From Octopus vulgaris (lineage: Eukaryota): a DNA stretch of 64,000 nt. Below the pieces are notes generated by a model. It did not search any database. It saw only the letters and a program-made list of their open reading frames with translations, and was not told the origin of the DNA. The stretch lies in the NCBI GenBank assembly GCA_951406725.2, contig OX597817.1, positions 7,812,001-7,876,000 on the forward strand, written 5' to 3'. Each line of letters begins with the position of its first letter. Position 1 is the stretch's first letter. Below, one piece after another: positions 1-16,066 of the stretch. The translations under genes were made by a program, and so were the position numbers.

Positions 1-196
1 AAGACGGAATACCATTGGTTAAAATTCTAATTATTAAACAATGTTAAACTTAGAAGTTACAATTCCGTTTTCATTCTGGTTTACAATTAAGTTTACTTTT
101 GACACATTCTACCAGTATACGAAGTTTCAAATTGTTTGGTTCAGTAGGAAAAATTTGAAAAAACTGGCTTCACAAATGGAAAGATCCCTCTAGTCG

Positions 197-320
197 ACCC
201 GTGGCTATAGTAGAATCCACTTGCCCAAGGTGCCACACAGTGGGACTGAACCCGGAACAATATGGTTGGAAAGCAAGCTTCTTACCAAACAGCCACTCAT
301 GTATCTGTGTGTGTGTGTAC
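197..320 (-). mobile_element. tRNA-derived SINE 5' fragment (same family as 43825-44228)
   Basis: Reverse complement of the gagtggctgtgtggtaag...ggttcagtcccactg...cttgggcaagtg head repeated many times in the window. Confidence 0.8.
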
Positions 321-767
321 TGGAGGGTCCATTTTTTTTTTACATTCTGATTAAAGACTGACCCATTTTCATTCTTGCCTCTCCTCCTCACAGCTCGATA
401 AAATAGGCACTGGGCAAAATAGTGGGGTCCCTATTACCGATAAAATTTAACATAACTTTTTGAAGTGTTGTCCAGTATGGTCGCAGTCCAATTGCTAAAA
501 CTAACAGACAATTCTTACTCGTGCGAACACGGACACACATATACAAACACACACATAGGTAGATAGATACGGAGAGAAAGAAAATGAAGTAACTGTAAGG
601 AAGGATAAACAAAGATAAACATAAATGGCAAAAGCAGAACTCGTATAAAACGAGTTGTTAAATTTATTATCCCATTTCAAAATACAATAATATCGATATA
701 TCGACAAGCTTATGTAGAAACTAGTATTCTGCTTCGTTTCTATTTTTGCTTTTATTTCCTTTTTCTC

Positions 768-807
<40 letters not shown>

Positions 808-1212
808 TTTTTCTGGTTGCTTTTGACTGGGTTGTAATAACGGGTAACGGAAAGTTTTACGCCCTACCATTCAATAATTGAGTGCTGTGAAGAAAGAGGC
901 ACACAACCTCACACGCACGCATGTACGCAAACATACGCACACATACACACATATAACTACAGATAGACAGACATATGTGCACACTTACATACACGAGCGT
1001 GCTCATAACTGATTACTATCGCTCAGGAGATGCACACATGCATCTAGACATGCAAAGGAAAAATACTACACTATGTGCAGCGTTGGTGAAATTCTGTGTA
1101 ATTCTGTAATTCAGCTGCAAGTATTTTGGACCGTTGTAAATGAAGTATGACGTTACAGCGATGTAGGTTCGATATTGGAGAAATGCAAGTCTTCTGGAAT
1201 AAAATATAATAA

Positions 1213-1607
1213 TCTTTATATATAAAAGTGGAGTTGTGTGAGTGTCTGTCGCCTACGATTTAGATTCCTAACTACTCCCACATTTTGCGGTGCAGTTTAA
1301 CCAAAACCGGGTATCTTATAGTCGTGATTCATATCGAGCCCTTCTGGATATTAGCGCGCGTCTACGATGAGTCTACGATTTTAAAAAAAATTACCATCAA
1401 TTTTTCCCATTTTTAATGCATTTTTGGCATATATAAGGGAAGTAACTCTCTAAAAATTTATTATTAAATCTCAGAACGTAAAAAGCTACAGTAACACCCC
1501 CCCTTGTGGTTAGCCATATTGAGATGGCTATTATACTTTACATCTCTAAAAATGCTTATATAGTTATTTCCCTTACAATCCCGAGCAACGCCGGGCGATA
1601 CTGCTAG
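1213..1607 (+). mobile_element. Non-autonomous Helitron
   Basis: 5' TC(TTTATATATAAAAG), 3' CTAG, subterminal hairpin cccgagcaacgccggg, inserted between A and T with no TSD. A near-identical partial copy lies at 47714. Confidence 0.85.
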
Positions 1608-1779
1608 TGTATAATAAAATATATTTACAGGTAGATGCCAAATCATCAGAAGCTGAATACATCACTTCGCCAAAATATTATATGCAGTAACTCTTAGCAG
1701 CTACCTATCATTATTTTATTATATTTTGTTACATTTGCGCTACTCTGAAATCATAGCTGCATATAATGGTGCTACACTA

Positions 1780-2280
1780 CATCATTCATCATCATTGTTC
1801 GACCGTGGTCGAGACAATGGAATTTACCATGCTACGCCAGACTTCACGGTCCATCATGGCATTACGGAGGTCCTGTTGCTGGATGCCTGTATCCCTGGAG
1901 ATTACATCAGGGTAGGAGAGTGTGCGCCCTCTGGTATTGCGAGTAGATGGCTTCCAGAGGAGAAGAGTAGAAATTACCTCTTTTTCAGCTCTACAACAAT
2001 GTCCAGCAAACTGGATTCTCCTACCTTTCACAAGAGATGACACAGGTGGTAGTTTCCCATATATTTGCATTTTGGTTGGATGGCGCTTCCACGAGAGATT
2101 TTGAGCTCTCATAAAGAGGCGAGTGTAGGTTCCATCCAACCGTCTCTCAAGCTTCTTTTATATCGTCCAGGTTTCTGAGCCATATAGTAGAATTGGTTCG
2201 ACTGTGGCTTTGAAGATTTCGAGTATGAAGTTTCTACTTAGATTTGATGACCAGATCTTATGCATGTCATTACATGTCAT
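1780..2280 (-). mobile_element. RTE-clade LINE 3' fragment
   Basis: Frames read IFKATVEPILLYGSETWTI and LDGTYTRL...RRIQFAGHCCR...DREVWR, an RTE-type C-terminus, ending in a (TGA)n tail. Confidence 0.85.
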
Positions 2281-2389
2281 TACGAGAAAAGATTGAGTCC
2301 GTGTGCCTATGAGCTCCAACAATAGGATTTTTTTTTTATCTTGCGACAAATTGAAGAAAAGGCTACCAAGTAGCAAGTGCACATTTAGT

Positions 2390-3240
2390 TATGTTCATCG
2401 ACTTTACGAAGATCTTCGACAATGTGAAAAGAGACTTCTTATAAGAACTGTTCAAAATAAATTTGAAGAGATAGTGAGATAGTTCTATGATTGTATACCT
2501 ATTTCTTTACTACCCACAAGGGGCTAAACATAGAGAGGACAAACAAGGACAGACAAACGAATTAAGTCGATTATATCGACCCCAGTGCGTAACTGGTACT
2601 TATTTAATCGACCCCGAAAGGATGAAAGACGAAGTCGATCTCGGCGGAATTTGAACTCAGAATGTAACGGCAGACGAAATACCTTTAAGCATTTCGCCCG
2701 GCGTGCTAACATTTCTGCCAGCTCGCCGCCTTTCTATGATTGTATACCTACTGCGATCCCTCTTTGAGAGTAACAGCCAGGCCTCGTTTCAGGTTGATCA
2801 TGGAATAAAATAGAGTCGTGTTCTCACTCTAATGCTAATTGAGTTATTTTGGAGTGCCGTTCTTGAAAACATGGATGAGTGAGATATCGTGTGGAGTACA
2901 TGACCGCACAAGAATGAATGATGGACTATTCAAACCATCTATGATAAGATTCACCAGGAAGTGCCATTATATGTGTTTGTGGACTTCTCTTCGCTAATGA
3001 CTTACCTCTAGTGGCTCATTTCCTGGAAGACATTCAGAAAATTGCGTATCGCTTTGTATGTTCGACGATAGGCTTCAGTCTATTATCAATCATCTTAAAA
3101 GAGACCGAAATCTTGTACCATCCAGCACCCAGAGTGCCAGAACATGAACTGCCAATTATCCTATACTCGAGTCAAACTTTAAGTGTAGTCCTTAAGTTCA
3201 CTTATTTAGTCACTATTAGTTTGATGACAACAGTTTAGAC
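2390..3240 (+). mobile_element. Highly degraded LINE reverse-transcriptase remnant (RTE-like), interrupted by a SINE
   Basis: Residual motifs FIDFTKIFDNV, LFAND and FTYL in different frames. Confidence 0.5.
2500..2731 (-). mobile_element. tRNA-derived SINE (second family, ggcggcgagctggcagaa head)
   Basis: Related copies at ~3650-3775, 6140-6290, 46170-46300, 46460-46600, 48160-48365, 48990-49130 and 49700-49900. Confidence 0.8.
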
Positions 3241-4182
3241 GTAGAGTTGCAAACTGTTCCAAACAAATTATTCGTGCTGTTGTTTATCCACAGGTCATCA
3301 CTGATTGAGCAGACCTATTATTTCAGCCGTGAACATCATGTCCTTATACTATATGCAGGAAATCCAAGCCCACAATTCTCCATCGTGTGCTTTTCTACAT
3401 TATGTTGTGATCTGAGGGAATATAGATGTTATTTTTTTAGCAGGTCAAGCAGCCACGTAGTTTAAAGCTGTGCGTTGAGTTTCGTTCCTTTATGTCAAAA
3501 GCTAAACATTCATCAATGAAATAAGTATGTGACTGAAATAATAAATAGAAGGATCAACATGTACTACTGAAAACATTGAAGACGGTATGGCCACTATTCA
3601 ATGACTAAAACTAGTAAAAGAATAACGATTTGAAATTTTGTTACAAGGCCAGTGTTCAAATGGTTCTTATTTTATCGAACCCGAAAGGATGAAAGCAAGT
3701 CGATCTCAGCAGAATTTGAACGTAGAACGTAAAAGAGTCGAAAGAGACGTCGCTAAGCAATTTTTCCGATGCGCTAAAAGAATAACAGAAAACAAAATAG
3801 TATGAAAGTAGATAAGGTTCTTTTTATAAATATATAGTGCTCTCCCCAATAGCGCACCTCTAGATGTGTATATGTATATATATATGTATTAATAAATTTT
3901 AGGGTAGCAAAAAATTCTAGAAAAATTCTCCGCTACCAGCGGTCAAGTGAGAAAGAAAAAATAATCAATAGACTATATAATATACATTCAAACATATAAT
4001 GGACGGCCATAATTTAATTTATTTACTAAAGATTGTCGAAACTATGCATAGTCCAGAAATGGAAAGGGTAAACGTTTTTATTTATCTTTCCATTTCAGAA
4101 TTACAACTATTAGTGGTTTGGAGTTTGGCTGCTCTTTCTAGTGAGTCGGATGTCCTATTATGGCCGTCCCTTATATGTTTGA

Positions 4183-4221
<39 letters not shown>

Positions 4222-4814
4222 CATTTACTTCCTACACCTTGATCCTTGGATCCTTTATATACCTACACGTATATGTGTGTGTATGTGTGTGTGTGTCTGT
4301 GTGTGTATGTGTGAGTGGATGAATGAAGGGAAGGAAGGAGGGATTTGGGTGTGTTCTTTACATCTTCACTTTACTTAAGCCATCGTTGTCAAAATCGTGT
4401 TCAAACACTACATTCATTTATGTTCTATGTTGGCAAGTGTGTTTATGCCTTTAGTGCCATCTTTATATGTCCAGCATTCCAATGATTCCGTTGGTAATGT
4501 TCAGTATATGCAACATCTCTAGTTAGTGTATGAATGAATTGATGAGGACAGATCTCCTTTGGATGTAGCCTTTTCCTGGTAGCTGATCAAGAATACAAGA
4601 GGGAAATACATCTCGATGCTTCTTAAAGGTTACTTGGGAAACGTTGTAAATTTTCAGAGGCTGCTGTATGAACACAACCTTTGAAATCAAGCTGTTGCTA
4701 TTTAGGATTATGGGGCAAGAGTTTAACGAAGAAGTCTTAGAATTTGATACAACCACAAATAGCTTTGTTTTCCCCTCACTCCCTCTCCTACACTCTCTCT
4801 CTTCCTCTCTCTGT

Positions 4815-4867
<53 letters not shown>

Positions 4868-5485
4868 CTTTTTCTCCTCTTTCTTGCATGCCTATGTCCG
4901 GAATATGATCTTCGAAAATTTCACAAATACATATGCTGACATATCTTTCCGTCGACGTTCCAGAGAACAGAGATGCAATGCGCGGAGGCTTTGCATGTAT
5001 TCAAGGTCACTTAACTTATAACTTGGAAGAATTTTTTGGTCTTAGTTCCTTTTCCTTCTGTGAATATCCTTTACAAATTTCGACTTGGTGGATATGACAT
5101 CGGATACTGCGTATGAATGCATGCATACATACAATACACTCACATAGAAGGAGACGTAATTATGCAGGTACATAAACACATAATTATATATAAAACCATA
5201 TATGTACTATGTCAGAAAGTATGTGCACATCAGTACCTAGCTTGTCCAAGAATATTATATAATGCGTATCCGATAATATGGCATAAGCATATATATATAA
5301 TTAAGAGACAGAACCTCCATAAAGTAATTCAATTAATGATAAAATATAAATTTAATGTGTATTATTTAGTATGATAGTAAGTATAGTAATTTTTAGTACA
5401 ATATTAATAATATATTTAGATTTATATTTTATTATAGATAATGCCTTTCATTATTAATTGAATTACTTTATGGAGATTCTGTCTC

Positions 5486-5556
<71 letters not shown>

Positions 5557-5634
5557 CGTGAAATTTGATTTAGTATTACTAAATTGAGTTTGTTTTCCCC
5601 TGTTGCCTTGGAATTTTATATTCCCTACTTTTAA

Positions 5635-5686
<52 letters not shown>

Positions 5687-5698
5687 TTAATTATTATA

Positions 5699-6121
5699 CA
5701 AGGGGTGCTAAAAAGTTCCTCCAGCCAGGCCTTTCGCAACACTCTTATGGTGTCGAGAAAGGCCTGATTGGAGGCCCAAACTTACTTGGTAAGTACAGCT
5801 GCAGTTCATTCATTCGGTTCTCATTGTGAGTTGTGGCACTTGAAGCAACAGCAAGATCATTCCACCTTCTAACACTGAAAGCGTCCTTGGCAGCTTGTTC
5901 TATTGTTAACCCTCTGCTTTTGTTATTGTCCTCCGCTACGTTTCCTTTGATCAGCCATGTCTTCTTTTACCTTGTGGAACCCATTGCAAAGCGATCCTGG
6001 CAATTGAGTTCGCTGCAATAAGTGTATGAATCTGAGGAGCGAATATGTTGAATAAGACATAATTAACTGATCCTCCTGTATTTTCTTTTACCCACAGTCA
6101 GGAACTTTTTAGTATTCCTCG
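5699..6121. mobile_element. Tc1/mariner-type MITE
   Basis: Imperfect TIRs caaggggtgctaaaaagttcct / aggaactttttagtattcctcg in a TA context. The same TIR family occurs at 42725-42930. Confidence 0.7.
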
Positions 6122-7159
6122 TGTATATTAATGTATAAAAGCGATGAGCTGGCAAAATCGTTAACACGCCGGGCAAAATGATTGGCGACATTTCGTCCGT
6201 CATTACGTTCTGAATTCAAACTCCGCCAAGCTCGACTTAGCCTTTCATTATCTCTGGATCGTTAGAAAATGTACCATTTGAGCTCTGAGGTAAGTAGAAA
6301 AGTCGCTCAAGTGCGGATGGAATTATTCTGGCTTTGTCCTGTCATCTAATACCGCCAAGATCAACTTAACCCTCCAATCTTCGTGAGTCGATAAATAACA
6401 GCGCTTGAGCCGCCACTCATATCCGCCACACTCTCCCTCTCTCTCCCTCGCTCTCCCTTTCTCTCTCTCTCTCTCTCTCTCTCTTTCTGCCTTTCTCCCA
6501 TTCCCCTTCTTTCTAACACCCTTTCTTAGCGCCTCACTCTGCAATAATGAGAGAGTTAGATCAGGAATTAGCGACCTCTTCTCATGATATAACTGATATC
6601 TTAGTAAAACCTTCCACGTATGGGATAGTGAGGAATGTTGCATGGGAAGGAAATACAGAAGAAAAGGAGGGGTGTGCTTGAAATATAACCGTAGCTGTAA
6701 CTGTGTACGTATAGACACATATTTGATCATCACATGGCAAGCTATAGCGTTTATACCATCATTGATACACATATTCACGAACACACACATCGTAATACAC
6801 GTGTGCGTGTGTTTAGGTGGGTGTAATCGCTTGTGGAGCATATCATTTTGCATTTGTAAGAAAGATCGATATGACACACATACATAAATATATACGTACA
6901 TTTATACACTCATATACAATAATATACATAAATCTACACACACACACACACACACACGCACACACACACACACACGTAGATGTGTGTTAGTGTGTGTGTG
7001 TGTCCTGTGTGTATGTGCATGCGCGCGCAGAAATTGTGAATATGTGTGAGTATGTTTGCATTATCAATGCAAACAGCAGTGATTGTAAAGTATTATGTAT
7101 TTACAAACATATATGTGCATATACATAAGCCTACATGCATCTCTCTCTCTCTCTTTCTC

Positions 7160-7162
7160 CAC

Positions 7163-7253
<91 letters not shown>

Positions 7254-8130
7254 TACATATGTACATATGTGAATGTATATATGTACATATGTAAATATAT
7301 GTATATGTATATATGTATATATACATATGTATACATGTACATATGTATATGTATATACGTATATATATATATATATATACGTGCATATATATGTATATAT
7401 ATATATACATATGTATATATGTATATATATATATATACATATGTATATATGTACTTATATATACATATATATATATATATGCATGCATGTATATATATAT
7501 ATATATGTACATGCATATATATACATATATATTTGCATATATGTACACATATATACAAATATATATACATATACATATATATACACATATATATATACAT
7601 ATATATACATATATACATATACATATATATATATATATATACATACATATACATATATAGATACACATATATATATACATATAAGTATATATACATATAT
7701 ATATATACACATATATACGTATATATACATATATATACATATATATACATATATATATACATATATATATACACATATATAAATATATACGTATATATAC
7801 ATATATATGCATATATATACATATATATATATATATACACATATATATACAGACATATATATAGATAGACACTATATATACATATATACATAGACATATA
7901 CATATATATGTACATATACGTATATACATATATGTACATATACATAGACATATACATATATATGTACATATACGTATATACATATATGTACATATACATA
8001 TATATATACCTATATTTATACATATACATATATATATACGTATATATATTTATATATTTATATATATACATATATATACATATACGTATATATATTTATA
8101 TATATGTATGAATATATTTATGTATGTATA
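7160..8130. repeat. Long degenerate (TA)n/(TACA)n microsatellite
   Basis: About 1 kb of TA/CA simple repeat, the source of the spurious YI-rich ORFs. Dozens of similar tracts occur across the window. Confidence 0.95.
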
Positions 8131-8441
8131 TGAAATCATCTACTTTTTAATCGAGCAATCTGGTACGTGAGCAAACTACGATAATGATCTCCTTGATATA
8201 TACAATGAATATATAAATGATATCAGTTTTCGCCTGCAGTATCATAAATAATCGGGATAGAAGAACAAAATACATGTAGGCCTGAATTTTGTCATGAATC
8301 AACTCATAACAGAAGCACGCATACGGAATTAAGACGTGGATATGTAGGCAATATATCAAGACCGGATTAATCCGGCAGAGTATGGATAGAAACGTATTAG
8401 CATACCTGCATATGTGCATGTGTGCGCGTGAGTGTGTATGT

Positions 8442-8488
<47 letters not shown>

Positions 8489-8537
8489 CGACTAAGTGTG
8501 TCTAAGCGGTTTTGATCTGTGTTTATTTCTTTATGTG

Positions 8538-8577
<40 letters not shown>

Positions 8578-8759
8578 AAGTAAAAGCATGATGAGTGTTT
8601 ATATGCTTTCTGCGTGTATATGTCTTTGTTGAATTTTATATATGTGTATGAATGTATATATATATATATGTGTGTGTGTGTGTGGACATATATCTGTAAG
8701 TAGACTTTAATCTGCGTTCATTTCTTTGTACACATATATGTGTGTGTGTTTATATATAC

Positions 8760-8834
<75 letters not shown>

Positions 8835-8848
8835 TATATACATATATA

Positions 8849-8922
<74 letters not shown>

Positions 8923-10929
8923 CGTGTGTGTGCATATATGAATATATTCATACACATATATATATATGCATACATACACACATGCATACACACTCATGTA
9001 TATTATGACTATGTAATATAAATACATATATACGCATATATATAAAATCACATATATATGCATACAAACACCCACACACACAAATCCAACACACACAGAC
9101 ACTACCTCCCCCTACACAAACGCCCCTACTTATATAATATGCAGATAGCTTGAACTCCGAGGCATTCTCTTCGTCAGGTGATAGCATTTTTACGTTCAAA
9201 AAGATTAATTCTGATTCTGCCTGCTTTGAGAAGACCGAATATATCACAGAAATGGGTCTACAAATCCTTATCTTATTGAAAGAGCTTTAGTAACGACATA
9301 AATATTCTTCAGTAATGCCAAACAGCATTGATACCCGCCAGGGATATCCCGCTCTCTTTGGTTATATGGTAGCTCGTTTTTCTCTCCTTGCTGAGAGATG
9401 ATATCGATATCATCTCAGACATGTGAATGAGCAACTATCGTTAGTGAAAATTAAGTTATATAGGTTAAGGTGGCATAACGTTTTCTTTGCTGAAGATCAA
9501 CTATCAACTACTGCTGAAATGTATCAATCAGCCATTATAAATTTATAAATTTGGGGAACAGTGTTACTCGAGAGGAAATTTATGTTTTCTCGCTTTACGT
9601 GGCGACATGGTGCTATAATCACTTAAATCAGGCGATTTTTTCCACTTTCCTAAATAGAAATTTCTGCAGTATCTACACGGCTTAAAGTTTTCATGGATCT
9701 ACGTCGGCCTCATAAATAATTACTTGATTTAAAGCGAATAATTCATTATTTCTACAGGAGCACAGATACGTACGGTTGCGCGTTTGTATTTGCGTCTCGG
9801 TGTATATGTCTGTGTCATGTGTGATATCTCGGTGTGTATATCTTTGTGTGTATGTCTCTGTGTGTATATGTCTCTGTGTGCATGTCTCTGTGTGTCTGTA
9901 TGCGTAAGAATGCATCTTTATGCGTATGCTTGTAGGAATGTATCAACATTTAGGATGAAGCTTAAATATATAGGTAAACAATCGGAGAAATAATTGCTTA
10001 AAAACAATAACAAACTCATTTAAATTAATTAATTTAATTGAGCCTGCATGAATGTATGTATGCGTACATGAATGTATGTATGTGTACATGAATACATTTC
10101 TATGTAAGTGCTCTGCGTATATGTATATAATATTCGCACATATGTAACTATGAAATGATTTATGCATGTGTGTATATATGTCTGCCTGTGTGTATGACCG
10201 CTTGTATGCATGTATTTATGTATTATGTATGTATGTACGCATATGTATGAATGTATGTATGTATGTATGTCTATATGTATGCTTGTATGCGCACACACAG
10301 AACACTGGCGCCTAGAGAACATTGTAGGAATGGTTGTGCTATCAATGTTACTTTGATGTGGAAACCATTAAAAAGACACAGGAAGCAAAACATATATAGT
10401 ATTCTTGTATATTTTAGATCATATAATTAGTTTTCATCATCTTTGTAAATTCAGTTAATTAAGGGCGGATATGAAAGAAAAATTATTTGAAATGTGTTAT
10501 GAATAAATGATTTTCTGCATTCACATAAGATACTTGTGTGACCAATCGTGTAGGTACATAAACACGTGCATGTGTATATATACACGCACATATGTCTACA
10601 TATAGGTGTATGTAGGTGTATAGACATATGTATCTTTATAAATATGTGTGCGTGTATATATATGTGTTTATATATATATGAGTAAATGTGTATGTATACA
10701 TGTATCCATATGTATGTATATAAATGTGTATCTATCTACATATATTTATATATTTGCATATATGCACTTACATATGCATGTATAAACATATATACGTATA
10801 TGTGTGCGCATATATATATATATATACATATACATACATATGTATTCACACATATACTTATATATACGTACATAAGTATTCACATATATACCTATATATG
10901 TATATATATATACATATATATGTACATAC

Positions 10930-11021
<92 letters not shown>

Positions 11022-11028
11022 GTATATA

Positions 11029-11126
<98 letters not shown>

Positions 11127-11255
11127 TGTATATATGTATCAGTGCTCACCCACACATGTGATCTGCAAGGCAAATATAAGAAATGAATGAGAGATGATTG
11201 AGACACACTTTATATACTTTACGTACATCATGTGCATGTATGTATTCGTGGAGAC

Positions 11256-11300
<45 letters not shown>

Positions 11301-11381
11301 TGTGTGTGTGCATATATATATACATACATGAATATATAAACAGAGGCATATAAATATAGACAGACTGATAGATAGATAGAC

Positions 11382-11457
<76 letters not shown>

Positions 11458-12211
11458 GGTTGGATGGATGGACATGCGCATATATGTATGTGTGTGATGC
11501 TTGTTGCAATCGTTGGACGTAGGCGATGAATACACAAATAAATAATTAAGTTAATAATTAAAGGAAGTATCCAAAAATTAATGAAAGAAATAATACAAAC
11601 GACTAAATAAGCGATGTCGTACGAAGCCTTCTTGATGAAAATTTCGTTTAATGCTGAGCTATGAGTGCTTCTGTACTTAAACTTCTTTCTTGGCATATTA
11701 TGTCCCCTTTGGTGATATTGGGAATCACAAACGGGAACAGATCATTGTATTGTTCTGAAGGGCACCATACGTTACTTTTATCTTTTAACTTTTGTTTGTT
11801 TCAGTCGTTGGAGCGTGGCTATGTTGGTGCACCTCCTTCCAGAGCTTTAATTGAACAAATCGTTCCCAGTACTTACCTTTTGAATCTAGTTATTATTCTA
11901 CAGATCTCTTTACTGAACCACAATGTTATGGAGACATAAGCAAATCGACACCAGGATGCGCTGGAGGGACAACCAAGATCGTGCTTTCATTTCCTGGAAC
12001 AGACTATGATCTTGAGTAAAACAGTCCGTCTCGGGTTGTTCTAAGAACTCTTCAACACCTGACGCGTGCTACACGGTGCTCCTGTTCAGATAACGTCGAT
12101 TTGGTGGAGAGAGTGAGCTAATGTGCGGCACGTACATTTGATCACTCTAAACAAATCTTTTGTGCAGATCGTTCGACAAAAGCTGAACATCCATACATCG
12201 TCTTTGACTCC

Positions 12212-12294
<83 letters not shown>

Positions 12295-12300
<6 letters not shown>

Positions 12301-12733
12301 AAATATTAGGGAATAAATCCATACTTACAGGGAAAAAACAGATTTAGGAATGAATCCAATTTTATAGTAAAATATTATATTATATTAAATTAGAGATAAA
12401 ACCACTATTAGGCAAATCAAACAATGAAAAACATACGCCAATACATAAAATTAATTAATTTATATTATTTTAAATATATATCAAAATTATTAAAAGTTTA
12501 ATAAAAGATAATGAGTAAAACACTACGATCGTTTCATGGCTGTCCAATTCGTAATAATTCGAGTTATGGTTACAGTCAATCTTCAGGTGATTGAAATATT
12601 TATCTTAGCGAGGTTTAGCAATTAAACTTTTAATAATTTTGATATATATTTAAAATAATATAAATTAATTAATTTTATGTATTGGCTTAAGTTTTTCATT
12701 GTTTGATTTGCCTAATAGTGGTTTTATCTCTAA

Positions 12734-12742
<9 letters not shown>
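12295..12742 (-). mobile_element. (TA)n-flanked Penelope-like non-coding element with inverted arms
   Basis: Arms of ~120 bp (~12380-12502 and 12621-12742) are reverse complements, and the spacer carries a hammerhead motif. Confidence 0.65.
12521..12589 (-). ncRNA. Type I hammerhead ribozyme motif
   Basis: Minus strand: cac-CUGAAGA-[imperfect stem II ugacugu...acagcca]-GAAAC-GAUC-GUA-gug. Confidence 0.65.
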
Positions 12743-12804
<62 letters not shown>

Positions 12805-12872
12805 TATGATTGACCGCTAAATCCACAAGTTTTTTTTTTTTTCAATCTCACTGTTTATATATCATCGTGATC

Positions 12873-12908
12873 CTTTCTGTTGAAGAGCGTAGGCTCGAAA
12901 CGTAAAAG
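12873..12908 (+). ncRNA. Minimal hammerhead-like motif (variant core CUGUUGA)
   Basis: cuuu-CUGUUGA-a-gagc-guag-gcuc-GAAAC-GUA-aaag. Confidence 0.6.
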
Positions 12909-12970
12909 ACTTTCCCACCTTCCCGAGCGTCAAACTAATGCACCTACTTGTGTTTTTCTGTAAATTTCAA

Positions 12971-13034
<64 letters not shown>

Positions 13035-13544
13035 TATATAAATGGGCGTGTGTATGAAAGAGGGAGAGAGAGAGTGAAGGGTGTGTTGTTAGGTATACGT
13101 ACATAGATAAATACATATGCATACATGTATCTGAGAGAAAATACTTTACCGAGCAACGCTGGGTAGTGTGTGCATATATATATATATATGTATGTGTGTG
13201 TGTATGTGTGTGTCTTTTACTGGTTTCAGCCCAGGGCTGAGGTCATGCTAGTGCACCACTTGTTGTTACTCGGTGTTGTTTCCGATATTGTTTTTGGTGA
13301 AGTAGCGAGTTGGACGGAGCTGCTCTTCTTCATCTTGTGTCTCAGATAGAAACCTGTCCAGACGTTCCTTGGAAACTTCAACATCAATACCATGTAGATC
13401 TCTAAGGATGCCTAGAACGTTGTTGAACAATTGCGAGCCCTTGAAAACTCAGACTATTTCAGTACTGTGTCCTTATTTTAGATGGGGAAGACGGGGTGTA
13501 GTCAAGCGGCTGAGAACGAAAGTCTTCCATTGGAGTATATATAT

Positions 13545-13713
13545 ATACACGAAGGGCTTCTTTCAGTTTCTCTCTGCCAGATCTACTCACAAGGCTTTGG
13601 TCGACCCGAGGGTATAGAAGAGACATGTTGCCCAAGGTGCCACGCAGTGGGACTGAACCCGGAATCATGTAGTTTGGAAGAAAGCTTTTTACCACACAGC
13701 CGCTCCTGCGCCT
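13545..13713 (-). mobile_element. tRNA-derived SINE 5' half
   Basis: Reverse complement of the aggcgcaggagtggctgtgtggta family. Confidence 0.8.
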
Positions 13714-13737
13714 GTATATATACATATATATAAAATG

Positions 13738-13811
<74 letters not shown>

Positions 13812-14832
13812 GGGTAAAATTAATTAATTAATTTATAATTAATAATCTTACCAAGTAGTTCGGTATGTTAAAAGAACCTTTATCGGTAAACTTATGCAAA
13901 CATTATTATAATTATAAACATAATTATAATTAGGGCTTAGCAAAATTGATTCACCACATACCGAAATATAGAAATAGCAGTTAAATTATAATAATTTATA
14001 TATATATATACATGCCCATATGTCTATACATATGTGTATGTAGGAGTATAAATATATCTTTATAATGTCTCTGTGTATGCGCGCGTGTGTGTGTGAGTGA
14101 GTGTGTGTGTGTATGTGTGTGTGTGTTTGTGTGTGTGTGTGTAAATACGTATGCATACATATATCCATATGGCCTTTGGAAGGACTGTTCCCGGATAGCA
14201 GACAAGTTCTTTAACATTTCCACGCGGCACATGGTTGCTTTTAACGGAGTATGGTCTTTGGCAAGTTTTCGGTTCAGAACACACAAGTCTGACAAAACTT
14301 CTTTCTTTCCGGTTTCCCGCCATATTGGAACCTCTAAAACGCTCAGGGACACTTCCTTTCTCTCCTTCGACTAAGCTATAGAAAGAAATGGAACACGTGA
14401 CAGTTACGACTCGTACGTCGAAATCATTGTTTTATTCATGATGATAAATACAGCCCTAGTATGAAACTGATTTTAACTTGTGGGCAAGCGCCCAACCTCA
14501 ACAATATTTTGGTGTGTGTGTATTTGTGTGTGTTTATGTAAATATTATACACTTAAGCTACATGTTATATATATATGTATTCACAGAAAGAGGCAGGCAT
14601 GCGTACACACAGGCATACGTACATACATACGCAGACACAGTCACACACAAGCACGCATACGCGGGAGTATAAGCTAGACATGAAAAAGTGTTGTATATGC
14701 GTCTGTATAAATGTGTGTGTGTGTGCGTATATGTGTGCGTGTATGTGTTTGTGTCTGTGCCTCTGTGTGCTGTATGTATGTGTGTACGTGTGCGCATATA
14801 TGCATGTATACAGGTATGCATATGTGTGTGTA

Positions 14833-14886
<54 letters not shown>

Positions 14887-15437
14887 TGTACATATATATA
14901 TATACATATACATATATACATATATATATATGCTTGTATGCGCGTGTGTATGTATATAGAAAGAGATACAGCGCAACAATTTTGCCAGTGAGCAGGCCAC
15001 AATTTCGAGCGGTGAAAATTTAGCCGCCATATTACAAACAATAATTGTTTAAGTAAAGCAAAGCAAACAGTCTGTTCTTTCTGACTGGCTACCATGCGTC
15101 TTCTATGCTGCAAAATATATATATATATATACATACATGTACATACCTACATACTTACATACGCACACAAAACGAGATAGAGAGAGTAATGTGTAGGTGT
15201 GATATAGCAAATGATACGTGATGTAGAGTCAATAAACGCATTATATACCTTGAAATATGACGTCAGTTACTTAAACAGGCTTCTCGTAATGCATGTACGT
15301 GTATGCGTGTGTGTGTGTGTGTATGTGTAAGTGCATGTACGTGTATGTGTGTGTGTGTGTATGTGTGCGTGTAAGTGTATGTACGTGTATTTGTGTGTGA
15401 GTTTGTATTATCTAGGATTACAATTGCATGGCTTTAC

Positions 15438-15502
<65 letters not shown>

Positions 15503-15860
15503 TTTCGAGTTAAATTAAGTTACAAATTGTCCATAAACATTAAAGATTTGTGATAAATAACGCATTATTCAGGTGGATAGAATTCGAGTAAGAGTTTCCG
15601 TAGGAATCTTCCCTAGATGAAGAATGTTCTATTTAAGGTAATGGAAAAGAAATAATGTTCATCCGCTTTACTACCTGCATATAACTTTATTGACGATATT
15701 CAAACAACAGAACGTGCTCAATACTTACGTTTTTCCTTGTGAGACCATTTACAAATCATATTTATACATACGTGTGTGTATATATGCGTGTGTGTGTGCA
15801 TATATGTATTAATGTGCGTTTGTATATATATATATAGATATCTATGTATGTATGTTAGTA

Positions 15861-15894
<34 letters not shown>

Positions 15895-15984
15895 CATACA
15901 CATATAAATACAAGCATGTATATATGTGCGTATGTGTGTGCGTATAAATACATTACGTTATTATTATCTTTATTATTATTATTA

Positions 15985-16066
<82 letters not shown>

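Noticed and set aside
3897-3905. TTAGGG at element termini suggesting telomeric repeats
   Set aside because: Only single units occur and several copies read TAGGG or AAGGG; there is no array.
7046-8111. Long ORFs (up to 335 aa) rich in Y/I/M/C/H/T, here and throughout the window
   Set aside because: They are translations of (TA)n, (CA)n, (TACA)n and (GATA)n microsatellites that lack stops in some frames.
9145-9185. Minus-strand CUGACGA-a-gag..cuc motif
   Set aside because: It is followed by GGAG rather than GAAA and has no stem I/III partner; at best a decayed hammerhead.
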